Positions 12,037 through 27,259 of a stretch of 64,000 bases of DNA are shown here, one piece after another. The stretch is from Eledone cirrhosa. Lineage: Eukaryota. Location: the NCBI GenBank assembly GCA_964016885.1, contig OZ024741.1:75330001-75394000 (forward strand). Direction: 5' to 3'. Position numbers and translations under genes: made by a program. The notes beneath the pieces were generated by a model that saw only the letters and a program-made list of their open reading frames with translations, had not been told where the DNA came from and did not search any database. Numbering within the stretch: the stretch's first letter is position 1; each line of letters begins with the position of its first letter.

Positions 12037-13780
12037 GGGAGGCGGCGCTTACCGTGACGACGTCTTGTTTACTGTGTCGTTCCATAATAATAGTATGGTA
12101 GAGAGGGTGAGGAAAAAACTTAGCAAATTCTTCAAGAATATAGACCTAAGTATAGTATTTGAATAGAATTTAAAGATAGTTAATTTTCTAGATGTTACAC
12201 TTAACCTCAATTCAGGACTCTTCCAACCTTACCACAAACCCAACGAGAATCTAAACTATGTCAACGCAAAATCGAACCACCCTAGATTAGTCACTAACAG
12301 TATTACCAAAAGCGTCTCTAGTAGAATTTCAGGACTATCTTCCAATGAAGATACCTTTAATAAGATGTCAAATTACTATAATAGCACCCTGGAACGCGCG
12401 GGGCATAGTGAGGGAATCTCATTCAAACGTCCATTAAATAGTAGAAGCAACATTGCCTGCGATAGCTTAGACCTAAATAGTGACACTCTAGTTAACAGCA
12501 GGCGTGATGCGAGGGAGGATTTATATAGTCTTCATGTTGTACTGCCGCCTAGTCCCAGTGCTGTTGGTACCAATAGAAACAACCACCCAGGTACTAACAC
12601 TGGGTCTGAGCAACGTAACGCTAGCGGAAACTCTAATGGTAACCTTAATTGTGGAACCGATAAAACTACCGTTGAACGCAGTATGGAACGAGGGTCGAGT
12701 AAGGGGAATAGGGACAGGTGTAGCAGACGCATAGTGGATACAACCCCGGCTATCGAGGGTAATCCCAATGGCCGCACGTGGGGTACACCGCCCTGGAGAC
12801 TTGGGACGATTCCGAACACAATCGTGACACCCCAGGACACAATCGACCCACAGGCAATTTCCAGTTACAATAGACCAGTAACTACTAGGGAGACAGGTAA
12901 TTCTAATATAGTTAGTAGGAACAGGTGGCATCGGACCAGAAAGTCCTGTGGTATAATCCCCCTTACTCCACTGGCCTGACCACTAGTATAGCTAAGCTTT
13001 TCTTTAGGGCCTTAGACAAATGCTTCCCTAGATCGCACAGATATTATAAAATATTCAATAAAAATACCATCAAGCTGTCCTACTCCACAACTAGTAACAT
13101 AGCTCAGAATATAGCTAAGATGAATTATAGTAGACTTAGGACAGCCCATGAGGGAATTAGGCATGGCAGGAACAATGGCAGCTCTATTGAGGAACTAACT
13201 CATACACGTGAGGCGAGTCGGGTCTCGCCAACCCCAGGGAATTTACCCATAGAGCAGACTGGAACTGAGACCCGACCCCAAAGGTACCGTGGTCCATCTG
13301 GAACTACCCATGTCGATAGCAAAAAATGTAACTGCAGAAGCACCGCCACCTGCTCCATGGCTGGGAATGCCTTACCAAAAACATAGTCTACGACTGTAAG
13401 GTCTCCACTCCTGATAGAACCTTAAGGTATGTTGGAGCAACTGCACGGAATTTAAGGGTAGATGGTATAATCACCGCCATACCTTTAATAGATTAGATAA
13501 AAGAAATAGCACGGCACTTTCAGAATTAGTCTCGAAGCTTAAACATCAGAATATAGAGCACTCCTTAACCTGGTCCATAGTTTGCTCAGCCCAACCTTAT
13601 AACGGCAGCACTGGCGTCTGCAATTTATGTATAGCTGAAACTTTTAATATTATTAGAGGCGGCCCCCTATTAATTAATAGGAGAGCAGATTTTTTCAGCA
13701 ACTGCCAACATAGAACCTCGAAAACCTTCCGCAGGATTTTTGGAGGTAACCTACCCCTAACTTCTCCCTCTCTACTTTAA
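12037..13780 (+). pseudogene. PLE reverse transcriptase C-terminal half plus GIY-YIG endonuclease (frameshifted)
   Basis: GAYRDDVLF, NFLDVTLNL, YHKP, SNHP, LWYNPPYS, KIFNKNTIKLSYS, CNCRSTATC, NIVY...YVG, FKGRWYNH, LTWSI, CNLC, CQH; one stop and several frameshifts. Confidence 0.92.
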
Positions 13781-15099
13781 CCATAAAGTTCTCTCAATAA
13801 ACAGACAGTCGCACACTTAGGTAGTTAGACGGCTAAGATTGTTTGCGTACTTACAAACGATACTCGGCCTGTTTCCACGGAGTTCTCACAGCTGAGTGCT
13901 CTTTTTTAGAATACCTAGCTAGTAAATAGTTAGATTGATTACACACTTAGTTAGGACCGATTACGCTCTCTATACATAACTCTACACGCAGTACCCGTTT
14001 CCTTTAGACATTGAGCTCCCACAATTACGACTATCACGTTCCTACCGACTGAACACTACACCAGGTTTTGATCAGTGATCATCTAACCATGGAGGACTCA
14101 CTGTTACGGATTGAACAATAATACTGACACACCATTAATGGGCCTACACACATCCTTTGGATTTTATTATCCTGTGATTTTTTACTTCACCTTCTGTGTT
14201 GGATAACACACCTCCACCACTCAAACAACTATCTTAAAGCTCATTGGCCCATATGACGGGAAATCGCACTTGCGGACGCATTTACCCAATACCCAACCCT
14301 ACACGGAGCCCTTTGCTGGCCTACCTTGCGGTTGCTTGCACGCACGGATTTGGTGACTCGGATTCTCAATGGGACAGCGGTACATATTGAGTTCGACATG
14401 AGCTGATTGCTTGCTCTCCACATGGATGTGTATATACCCGGAGATACCCTCTTTTTTGGACGATTCGGATGTATATATACCATAACATACACTTGAAGAT
14501 ATGGATGTTACAATTCGATCTATACACGTATAGTAGAACACTGGACTGAACTTACTTGTGTGTGTGTGTATGTGTGGGGCGTTGGTTAACCCAATATTTC
14601 CAATTTACATCGTCAAATTGAGATTTGACCAATATAGCTTCTGTTGCTTTGTGAACTAACTTTCGGTGAGTGCTGTGTTGGTACATTCTTATATTTGTTT
14701 TATTATATTTGTTTTCTTATATTTGTTTTCTTATATTTGTTTTTTCTTCGGTGTGTGTGAAAGTGTGTGTGTACCCACCCACACTAACTCTACAGGTTTA
14801 ATACTGTATTGATGTGTGTGTATATATATGTTTATATTTTTCTTTGACCTCGAACCGGTGTATGTGGGTGTGGAATGTGTGTATACCCACTCACATTAAC
14901 TGTGACTGACTGTATCCCTACAGATTTGATTGATGTCCAGCGTCTTTTGCAGCGATAGAAATCTGAAAACTTTTATGACCTCAACTGAAGCTAATAGCAG
15001 TCGTCGTGTTTCTGGCTGGTGTGTTTCCATATGAGGGAATGAATTCTGTGAGAGAACATCGTTATTTTTTCTCCCTCATATCAAGAATTTGAAGACAAT

Positions 15100-15187
15100 T
15101 CATTTTCACCTGATGAGATCAGTGATAATCGATCATGGCTTCACAATCGATCTATCTCTTATTGAAACATGTGTCGTGATTAAATGA
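15100..15187 (+). ncRNA. Type I hammerhead ribozyme motif in PLE pLTR
   Basis: tcattttcac CTGATGA [long imperfect stem II] GAAA catgtg TC gtgattaaatga; matching inverted copy at 11324-11411. Confidence 0.75.
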
Positions 15188-15220
15188 TTGGAATTTTACC
15201 TTGCCTTCGGATTTTCATTT

Positions 15221-15256
<36 letters not shown>

Positions 15257-15400
15257 AAGAGTTAGTGCTCAGCAGAGCTCTTGCCATTTCAATGGCAAAT
15301 GGATAAATGAGAACTGGGTACTAACTCTTTACAATACTTACAATCTACTTTCCAAAGTATCAAGTAATTAGCTGAACCAGTAACTCCCAACTTATATATG

Positions 15401-15842
15401 TCATCATCATCATCATCACCATTTTACGTCCGTTCTTCCACGCTAGCATGGGTTAGACGGATTGTCCTGTTGTGAGCAGTGTCCGGTCAGCTCACCTTGT
15501 CTTGTTCATACGGGAACTGATTCTGGCTTGATTTCTACAGCTGGATGCCCTTCCTAACATCAACCTCATTACAGTGAGTGCTGGGTGCTTTTTTTCCGTG
15601 GCACCTTCACATCCACCTTACAGTGAGTGCTGGGTGCTTTTTTGCCGTGGCACCTCCACGACCACTTTACAGTGGAATGATAGGGACCCAGTCCCTATCA
15701 TTTCATTTCTACAGCTGAGTAAACTGGAGCAATGTGAAATAAAGTGTCTTGCTCAAGGAAACAACACATCACCCGGTCTGAGAATTGAACTCACAACCTT
15801 TCGATTGCAAGCCCAATGCTCTAACCACTTAGCCATGCGCCT
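15401..15842 (-). mobile_element. CORE-SINE with RTE-type tail
   Basis: Reverse complement of the 3497/30885 family, from (CAT)n tail to tRNA head. Confidence 0.85.
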
Positions 15843-16202
15843 ATATATATATACGTATGTACGTGTATGCATATATATATATATAATATTTTAAATAAAT
15901 TCTTAATGCTACCTACCTATTGTTTCAAAGTCTACTCTAGCATAGTTCTAACAGACCAAATATCTGCTAGTGTTGCCTATCTTTTAGCCAATACCAAGCT
16001 ATGTGTTGAGAATTTATTTATAACTAGACCACCCGTCACCCATCGGGTCATGTTCACTTAAAAATAATTTATACATAATTAAAATATACACAGACATGTA
16101 TATAATGTAAAATGAAATTGGAAGGCCCATATATATGTGTGTGTGTTTTGTGTATATATGTGTATATGTGTGTGTGTGTATACATATATATATGTATGTC
16201 TG

Positions 16203-16244
<42 letters not shown>

Positions 16245-16266
16245 TCTCTGTGACCTATATACACAG

Positions 16267-16301
<35 letters not shown>

Positions 16302-17267
16302 CAAATATATATATATACACACATACATGGGTAGAAACCCTTCCTATTTAGCAGGAAATAATCACTACACACATCCTGTTCTAACACAATATGATACATA
16401 TGACTTAATATTCAGTCAACAAATTCGAGTTAGATACGATAATACTTACTGTATTTGATTCTCTGAAGTCACTTGTTATCATTTCATTCAACACCACCAC
16501 CAGCTCTCTCTCTCTCTCTCTCTTCCACTTTCCTCCTCTGTCTCCTTCTCTCTCTCTCTCTCCCTCTCCCTCTATGTCTCTCTTTCAATCTACATCCATT
16601 AGTTTTGAAAACTATTAATTGGATAAATACTGGCAAATATGATTAGATGTACCTCCATTCTAAACTGAGGCAATCCGCTTGAACAGATTTTGCCTCCTAA
16701 CATTGACCCAATTGAGCATGGCAGATGACTCAGTGAACCAGCGATATACATTTTTATCTTTTATCTTACTTATGTACTGTATTGTATTCTATTATATTAT
16801 TATATATTATACATTATATGTTATATTATATAGTATGTTTTACCATAAAATGACATTTCAGATGTAATTACATGCAGGACATGATGTGCACACTACACAT
16901 AGTGTGTATGCTGTGTAACATACATATTAAACCATACATACAACCCAAGTACATGCGTTCCATACACATGGAAGTTCTTCTACACTCAAACTAGCATATA
17001 GACTTATAACTTTTTATTGTGATATATACTTTACGTGTTATGTATTATGTATTGTGTAATATGGCATGTACTTTATATTTCATATTATATATGTAGTTTA
17101 TAATTTTTGTTATTACAAGACTCCAACTTGACTCTATACCAATTATCTACTTCTTTAATTCATGACTTTACTGTTTTAATTGATTAGTTACATTTATTAC
17201 CGATTGTTATAATTATCCACTTTTCTTAACTATTTATTTTTAGAATTTATATACCTTTTATTATTCA

Positions 17268-17478
17268 GCGGATTGGCAGTATGGGTAGAGGGTCGGACGC
17301 TATGCATTGCAGCACAGAGTTACGCCCCTTTACGGTCTGAGTTCAAATCCCGCCGAGGTTAACTTTGCCTTTCATCCTTACGGGGTTGATAAAATAAAGT
17401 ACCAGTCACGCACTGGGGTCAATTTAATCGACTTTCCCTTCCCCCAAAATTGTTGGCCTTGTGCCTATATAAGAAACC
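17268..17478 (+). mobile_element. tRNA-derived Meta-domain SINE
   Basis: A/B boxes, gcctttcatccttacggggttgataaaataaagtaccag; flanking direct repeat attattca. Confidence 0.85.
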
Positions 17479-17753
17479 ATTATTCATCTACATTTTATTA
17501 TCTACTATTGTGATTTTTTCTTTTGGCTAGTAGAAGTGAAGTTGTTACTGATATTGTCATAGCAAGTAGTAATGCTACTGTATCATAAACTTTACTAACA
17601 CTTGCTCTTATTATCTGGTGTACATTACATCATAAATTGACTGCCTAGCTATCCTCTTAGTTACCTACTAAATATGTTGACATCAGTAATGTGTTTCATT
17701 TTCTTTCAGATTTATGTCAAAGTGATCATTATTGAAGCTGTTGTATTGGCACC

Positions 17754-18562
17754 ATGTTCACTCCAAGTAAAGAACACATTTGTCATGTGGTTTTTTATGA
17801 ATTTCAAAAACCAAATAGTACAAGTGCAGCAGTAAAAATCACTCCAAAACACTTATGGAGATGGCATAGTGACTGAAAGAACATGCAGGAGATGGTTTTT
17901 ATGATTAAAAAATGGGGATTGCAGCTTGCAGGATGAATCAACAGAAGGGTGCTTAAGAGGGCTGAATTCTAATACATTGGAAAGCTATCAAAGGTTCTGC
18001 AAGATTTCTCTGCAGATAATCACAAATGTGTTGACTCTTGTGCATCATTGCATTCTTGAGAATTGCAAATGCCTCTTTTGAGTCATTATTGGAGATGAGA
18101 AATGAATACTTTATTGTGATGTGAAGTGAATACATCATGGTGAAGAGCCAGCTCAGCAACCCAGAAGTGGCCTGCATCCAAAGAAGATTCTTTTGAGTGT
18201 GTAGTGGGATATGCAGGGAATAATTCAGCATAGCTGCTAGGTGATAATTAAACAATAACAGACAGTCTATGGCCAACAGCTAAGACGTTTGAGAGCAGCT
18301 TTGCACCAAAAACATCCATCATTAACAAACAGAAAATAAGTCATCCTTCATCATGATAATGCTAGACCTCACATTGCACAAAAGACCAAAGATCTGCTAG
18401 AAAAATATGCCAGGGAAATTATACTTCTCTCACAATATCCCCTGGACCTCATGCCCACAGATTACTATCTCTTTAGAAGTTTGCAAAATCATTTGAGTGG
18501 ATTAAGATTTACTTCAAGAGAAGTTGAAAATGAGTTAGCTTCCTTTTTTAGTTCAAAACTTT
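17754..18562 (+). pseudogene. Mariner (DD34D-type) transposase relic
   Basis: Manual translation: KEHICHVVFYEF, TYGDGIVTERTCRRWF (HTH), IIGDEK*IL, GLHPKKILLSV*WD, LHHDNARPH, YPLDLMPTDYYLFRSLQNHL. Confidence 0.88.
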
Positions 18563-18766
18563 AATACACGTTGTCAGTGATACATTATTACATTAAAACA
18601 CTGCCATTTTCATAGACATGGTATATGATGGTTGGACTTCCTTACAGTTATCAGCTATCATATTTCACTCAAAATGTGCTGGTCAACCTATAGCTACATG
18701 TCTAGGGAGAAAAACACTTTCTCAAAATATCACACAGTTGGATGAAACTTACTTCTGACTGCATCC

Positions 18767-18960
18767 TATTGCTATTTTCTGCATGTATATTGTTATTTTG
18801 CATCTTTATATTGTTATTTTACACCCTTATATTGTTATTTTGTCAGTGTGTAAATTGGTATTTTAAACTTCTATATTGCTAATTTACTCAACTAGTTGCT
18901 TTTTTGAGCAACTATATTATTATTTAATGTTTCAATGCTGCTATTTCAAATGCTTATATT
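18767..18960. repeat. Degenerate ~21-bp minisatellite
   Basis: Repeated tatattgttatttt core. Confidence 0.6.
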
Positions 18961-19720
18961 ATCATTTGTTACTGTCTGCTTTGCTATATCTTAAATTTAT
19001 TCTGCCATCTGTTTGATATCATTGCCTACATATTGTAATTTACTATATCTGTGATACTATTTTAATACCAAATATATCATACTACATTGGTATTTATCAA
19101 AATAGTAGCAGATACACCAGTGATATATAAACCAAACTTTCTGTAGCTGCTTTTAGTATTAATTGTAATTTCCCCCCCAAGGATATGGCACATCATTAAC
19201 CCTTCACTGAAGAGATATAAAGCTGTCATTTATCAATTTTCCTTTTCTCGCTGTTACATTTATGCGCTGACATGAATGAGCCTAGAATAATAGAGAGGAA
19301 ACTATTTCAATTGGAAAATAACAGGAAACGTTTTTGTGATTTTTTCTGAGGGAATTAATTTCATGAAAAAAATGTTATTGTTTTCAAATTTGTCACGCTT
19401 TTTTTTTCTTTTTATACTTAGGAACATTTAATTAGACTTTTTTATTTGTAAATTAATGTTGCCATGTGCGACAGAATAAAAACAGACTGGATAAAATGGT
19501 AAAATGTGTGACATCAATAAAATAAGAAGTTGTCTGAAAAGTGGTTGAATTTGACTAGTGTTATGGTTATTGAACTAGATGCTAATCTAAAGAAATATTT
19601 TTCAAATCTGGTACGATCTCTTTTTGTCAATTGCTTAGTTGCAAGACATAAACTTACAGTAACCGTAAGCACATATATACAAATATATGAATATATGTCA
19701 ATATGTATATACATACTACA

Positions 19721-19907
19721 GGGCGGTAGATTGGCAGTATCGGTAGAGGGTCGGACGCCATGCTTTCCAGCATAGTTACGTCCCTTTACGATCTGAGTTC
19801 AAATCCCGCCGAGGTTGACTTTGCCTTTCATCCTTACGGGGTCGATAAAATAAAGTACCAGTAATGCACTGGGTAATTGCTGGCCTTGTGCCTAAAGTAG
19901 AAACAAT
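19721..19907 (+). mobile_element. Young Meta-domain SINE
   Basis: A box tggcagtatcggtag, B box gagttcaaatccc; 16-bp direct repeat caatatgtatatacat at 19699 and 19904. Confidence 0.9.
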
Positions 19908-19916
19908 ATGTATATA

Positions 19917-20520
19917 CATCATCATCATCATCATTTAATGTATACTTTCCCTGCTAGCAAGGGTTGGACAGGTCTCCACAGACTGAGTCAGTACTGAAGT
20001 GGGGCTACTGTCCTCAAAGATAGGCTGGGGGGTTGCAGCTCTCTTCCACATTTTACCAAGTGCATTTTATCATGGCACCAGTACTAGAGAGGTTGTCATG
20101 TCATTGACACAACTGAAGGGTCCCACAATCCTTTGTTTGCCATGCTTTCTACAGCTGAATGCCCTTCCTACCATCAACCACTTTACAGCAAGTACTGGGT
20201 ACATTTATTGTGTAGATCACCAACACTAAGAAGGCTGTCATGCCTTTGGCACAACTGAACAGTCCTGGCAAGCTTTGGTTTACAAGCTATCAACAATGGA
20301 ATGATCTTCTTATAACCATCCATTGGGTGTACTTATTGTGTAGAATACCAACACTAGAGAGGTTGTTTTGCTATTGACACTACAGAAGAGTCTCCTCAAC
20401 TCTTTTAAGCATGATTTCTACTGTAGCATGCCCTTTCTGTCACCAACCACCTCACAGGGTGTATCGGGTGCATTTTCATGGCACCGTCACTAGAAATGTT
20501 GTTGGTCATTGACTGAAATG
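19917..20520 (-). repeat. ~135-bp tandem array derived from an RTE/SINE 3' module
   Basis: Four diverged units carrying caccaacactagagaggttgt...attgacac, following a (CAT)n tail. Confidence 0.6.
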
Positions 20521-21570
20521 AAAAGCCCTCTCTGCTCTGTGGGGGTTGTGGGGAGAGAGGGGAGGCAGATGAAAAGTGTATACATATCATCATCATCGAT
20601 TAACATCTGTCTTCCACACTAGCATGGGTTAGATGGGTTTGTCCCATTTACTGGCAAGTTAGATCCTGTAACCATCTCTCGCTCATATAGGAGAGTTTCT
20701 GGCTGGTTTTCTACGGCTGGATGCCCTTCCTAACGCCAACATTGACAGTGTGTGCTGGGTGCTTTTTACCAGGTCTTTTACAGGTCTACTTTACAGTGTA
20801 TGCTGGGTGTTTTGGGGCTAGTTTTCTATAGCTGGATGCCCTTCCTAATGCCAACCACATTTACAGTATGTGCTGGATGCTTTTTGCCGTGTCTTTTACA
20901 CATCCACTTTACAGTGTGGACTGGATGTTTTATGGTACTAGTATAATACATGCATGCACTCATGCACATATCATGATAATGATATACATATATATATATA
21001 TGTATATCATGATATGTGCATGTGTGCATGTGTGCAGTGTGCATGTGTGCAGTGTGCATGTATGTATTATACTGGTACCATAAAACATCCAGATCACACG
21101 GTAAAGTGGACGTGTAAAAGACACGACAAAAAGCATCCAGCATATATGTAATATACATACAAATATCATATACACACTTCATATACATACATACATATAT
21201 ATATATATACACACATAAATATATCAACAACCTCGTTGATTAGCGTCCATTCATGGGTTAGACAGATTGATCCTTGTTTAGCTCATCCTTCCTACCACCA
21301 ACCACATTTGCAGTGTATGCTGGTTGATTTTTGTAAAGTCACCTACACGACCACTTTACAGTGTGGACTGGGCACTTTTTGTCATTAAACCTACAGGACC
21401 ACTTTATAGTATATGTACATATATATATTTATTATATGTACAAATAAAAGTTAAGCAAAGAATCGTTGCTTTCACCCTTTTACAGGATCTTCTGGAGCAA
21501 GAGTTCTTTGTTTAAACTTCAATCTATACATATAATAAATATTTGCTTTATGGTTTTTTATATATATATA

Positions 21571-22957
<1,387 letters not shown>

Positions 22958-23429
22958 TAGCAGCCATAGCTATCAAATGACAATTATGTCAAGTGATGCT
23001 TGTGAAGGAAGATTTTATAGAGAGGAAAGGCCCTTTATTGGATCAATCTCACTCACTGAGCAACAATAGATATAATCCAAAATGAAGAACAGATCAACAT
23101 CATTTATTATTTTTGAGTCACAGTTTTTACATCAGTTTCTCTCTCCTAATAAGGATCAGGGATTTCTCTCTCCCAGTGCGCTTTCTGCACACTCAGACAC
23201 AAGCTTGAGTATTTCTATGTCCCTGCACATAATGTATGTATGTATACATATATATATATACATTCTATTGTTGGGCCATTGACTCTCATTAGTTCCCCCA
23301 CTCTATATATATATATAGAGAGAGAGAGAGAGAAGGATAGGGATTATACCTATTTCTACACCCACTCTACATATCTCCATGCATTGAGAACTCCAATGTT
23401 TAATGGTCTCCTCCATCTAAGCACCACAC

Positions 23430-23545
23430 ACTCTCTTTCTCTCCCCTTCCTATTCCTCCGTCTTCGTAGCAAGGACCACGATTTTGAGACCCAATCCCTT
23501 CACATGGCCTCCTGCTTCATCCAGAACAGATATCCCCCAAGCAAA
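23430..23545 (+). pseudogene. PLE RT thumb fragment
   Basis: SLPFLFLRLRSKDHDFETQSLHMASCFIQNRYP resembles the PLE SLPxSQFLRLRRICS...F..RGYP segment. Confidence 0.55.
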
Positions 23546-24139
23546 AAACTCTCTTTATGAAAGTATAAGCCAGACAGAGAAAATTAAGTTTCACTTATAT
23601 AAACATCTCCTGGCCATGGTTTTATGCATAGAAGAAGCAACAGGTTATTAAAATTATTGGAATAACCAATATTTATATATATATGGTGGCTGCCAACTCG
23701 TTTTCGAGTACGGCTACTACTTTATATCCATGTAGGAGAACCCCTACCGATGCGCTGAACGAGTGTGACTTTTTAGTCCAGCCAACGACTTGAAAACTCT
23801 GGTACAAACACTACACTTGTGACAATTATTGACACATAGTGCTGGGCCCATGGTACCATGTGACGACAAGTGCAGAGAGATCTCCAGATATAAAGCAATG
23901 CCTGTGCTGTGAAGCTTTTATAGTGAGCAAAGGCACTGCACAAAGTCAGTCCCACTCTCTTAACCAAGATAATATTTACCAAAAAGAAGAACAAGTCAAC
24001 ATCATTGGATACCATCAGGGTTGCAGGTGTTATATCAGAGTTTTCCTTCTCCTATATACATGCATACATACAGGAGATTCCATCTACAAAATTTCACTCA
24101 TATTGCATTGGTCAACCCAAGACTGTGTGTGTTCTGAAA

Positions 24140-24410
24140 TACTGTCAGTTCTGACAAGTGATCCTGTTGATTCAATCAATGGAACAGCTTGCTTATGAAA
24201 TTAGCATGTACAGTTAATGTACTTCTCAGGGAGATTCAGTGACATATCTGGCCCAGTGAATTACAAGTATAATTCATTTTTGCCAGCTGAGTGGATTGAA
24301 GCAATGTGTTAATAAAGTGTTTGGCTCAAGGACGCATGTTGCCAGGTATGAAGCTCACAACCTGCAGTCATGAGTCAAACATCCAAACTACAAATCCACA
24401 AGCCTCCACT
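24140..24410 (-). mobile_element. Old CORE-SINE with alternative tail
   Basis: cagctgagtggattgaagcaatgtg...aaagtgtttggctcaagga; tail homologous to 60600-60910. Confidence 0.6.
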
Positions 24411-25619
24411 AACCTGAGTTTATAGTAAAAGACACTATACTTTCCAATCAGTGGAAGTGAACTCCAAACCACTTTGTTGGAAAGCAATCTCTTTAACCAC
24501 ACAGTGCCTGTAAATGTGTATTTTTTTTCTATGTGCATTCTATACTTTATTAGAAGCAGCTACTGACCTCTCAAGGAAAGGCAGGCCCTTTTATAAAGAA
24601 AATATCAAAGAACCAGAACAAGAAAATACTTATAAAAACAAGCACCAGCAAACAAAGAAACAAAAATAACATCAACAACTTCTTATATTCAAACATCTGA
24701 AAGAAAATCAGAACGGCACGTGTGTCTATATTTGTGATTGTGATGAAAAGTATTGTCTAGCTAATGACATTTTCACAAGGTAACAGGATAACTAAAGAAT
24801 TGCACGTAAATCAATAGGAAACATCAAATGACGAGAGCTTTTTCCCTTCCCGAGAATAGTGGCCACTTGTTAGTAATCAGATTAGAAGAGAAACATTGGT
24901 TGTTTGGATAGTAGCTTTAGACAAGTATTTGATTTAGCATGATATTTCTTATTTCTCTGAATGTCACTATCTCTAAGTATTTCTAACAATTTATATTGAG
25001 AATATATATCCAATCAATTCATCATTATTGAAGTAGATTTATCTTCATCATTGTCATCACCATCATTGTCATTGTCATCATCACCATCTTTAGCATCATC
25101 CTTGTCATCATCATCTCTACAGAATAGAATGGATTAAAATACATCATAAACATCATCGTCTATACAGAATGAATTGATTAAGATATGCAAGTTTTGGTGT
25201 TTTTTTCCAAAAATGTTATACCCCTTCTCAGTATCTCTTTGAAAATAGAGTGAAACAATTTAAAGAAATATTTCAATACAGGATATAGCATTATATAATG
25301 TTCCATTGACAATAGAGTGAAGAGATTTGAAGCCTAGTTTCATCTGGTTCTGGCTGACTGTCCAGAAATTGGCCATTATCTCAGGTTATGGATCCCACCT
25401 CCCTTAATTTTGAAATGCTAGGTTAATTTTTAGCTTGTGTTTAGAAGGGAGGAGGGACAGAGTATGATACTTGCAACCTTATCTCATCTACAGAAATGAC
25501 AATCAGATTCCTGATCTGTGAGCAAGCTTATAACAAGGTTTGCAACCATGTGGAATGGAGTTCTCTCATTGCCAAGAGCTACATAGAGAGCAAAAGGAAC
25601 TAAAGTAGAAAAAGTCTCA

Positions 25620-26380
25620 GTGTCTAGTTGTGAATGAGTTGATGATGGAAATATATCAGTTTAGTCAAAATTATTAATAAATGGCACCAGAGGGGTGAGT
25701 ATAAAGGTTCTTCTTCCAGTAGCTATTGTGTAGTTGGGGATGTGATGTAGATGGAAATATACCAGTTTAGTTTTGTTTGTTGATAGAAAAGGTAAGAAAA
25801 TTGGCAATCATGAAAATGTTGGCTAGATTGCTTTGGAGTATTCATTCTTGAGTTCAGTACTTTGTGTTCAAATTTTGCTGAAGCCAATTTTGCCTTTCAT
25901 GCTTTTAGGTGTTGATAAATAAAGTATCACTCTAGTACTGGGTCTATTCTCTCTCTCAAGCAGGATGTGGTTAAACCCGAAGAAGGATAGGCATCATCAT
26001 GTTTAAAAATAAAATAGAACTCCATGACTCCATAAGGAGTTAAAGAATTAATGATCAATTGATGAGACAATGATTCTATTTTCCAGTAATTGTTGTGAGT
26101 GGGTTGTTGATGGAAATAACCTGGAATTCATGTGGTTGTTGGTGGATGGGGTTGAGGTAATAGTTTTACATGCAGTAATTGTGTAACTGGATGAGTTGAC
26201 TGAAAATTATATCAGAATTCTTATAGTTGTTGGAGAGATTGTTAGGAGTAAAGGTTGGGTGGTTGGGGATTAACCATTGTGTAGTTGGGAATGCATTGTT
26301 GACAGAAATATTGATGAATTCTTATAATTGTTGATTGGCAGGAGAATGCTTCTATTTCTGATAACTATTGTATAGTTGTG
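25620..26380. repeat. Degenerate ~90-100-bp tandem repeat interrupted by a SINE
   Basis: About six units with attgtgtagttgg...gatggaaatat...gaattc; Meta-SINE remnant at ~25795-25945. Confidence 0.55.
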
Positions 26381-27259
26381 GAGGAGTCTCTAAATAAACA
26401 CCCCTACTATATTGTTCATAGAACTAATAATACACTCTTCCACCAAGGGCCAGTCCTTTTTATACATTTGTGCACATTGATAAATACTTTACAAAATATA
26501 GAGGCAGAGAACCATATAGTGGGGGGAATTTCTGCTTGTGTATATATATTAGTACAACCATTTCAGAATACTACAAAGAATGAATGGATATATAAGCCCA
26601 TCAAATGCATGTTTCCTTGTGGTGGTTTAAATCATATACCAGCCTTCTGATGCAGTCCTAACTAGGTCCAAAAATTGGTTGAAGGTGTGTGTTATTTGTT
26701 CAGTTTAAAGGGTAGTTAATATTTTCTGGCATGTTTACATATAAAAAATATGTATATATTTTTCTGTTGGCACAGTATCGGTTACCTATTCTGTTTATAT
26801 ACAGATATAACATCATCATGCACTTCAATTGCTTAGCACACTTAATATGTATGTATATATAATTGGTGGTAGCAGTAAGACAGCATTTAAGTATCATAGA
26901 GGTGTATATTAAAACATATATAATGTATTTATATGCAATAAACATATGGGTAGCCTCGCTACCGAAGAAAAATGTTTTTTTATTATGAAACAATATTTTT
27001 CTTTGATAGCAAACCTACCAATATATTTATTGTATATAAACGTATAAGATATGTTTATATATGTTTTTATGAACGTATTCATTATGCTTAAACACTATCT
27101 TAGTGCTACGACCAATTAAATATAACCAGCCAAGCTCACACTATATGCAAATGAGCATTTTCAGCTGATGTTTACTATTTGCTACATGCAAATGAGCATC
27201 TCCATCAAATGATCATCATACAAAATTCTAGATTGACCTTACCAGTACGTTTTGAAGGT

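Larger units (their letters stand above)
11153..15224 (+). mobile_element. 5'-truncated Penelope-like element (C-terminal GIY-YIG) with ~750-bp inverted pseudo-LTRs
   Basis: Near-identical inverted arms ~11286-12036 and ~14467-15224 around RT-EN coding sequence; long (TA)n on both flanks; hammerhead motif in the arms. Confidence 0.92.

Noticed and set aside
23685-23800. Structured segment resembling a minus-strand hammerhead
   Set aside because: Needs several core substitutions.
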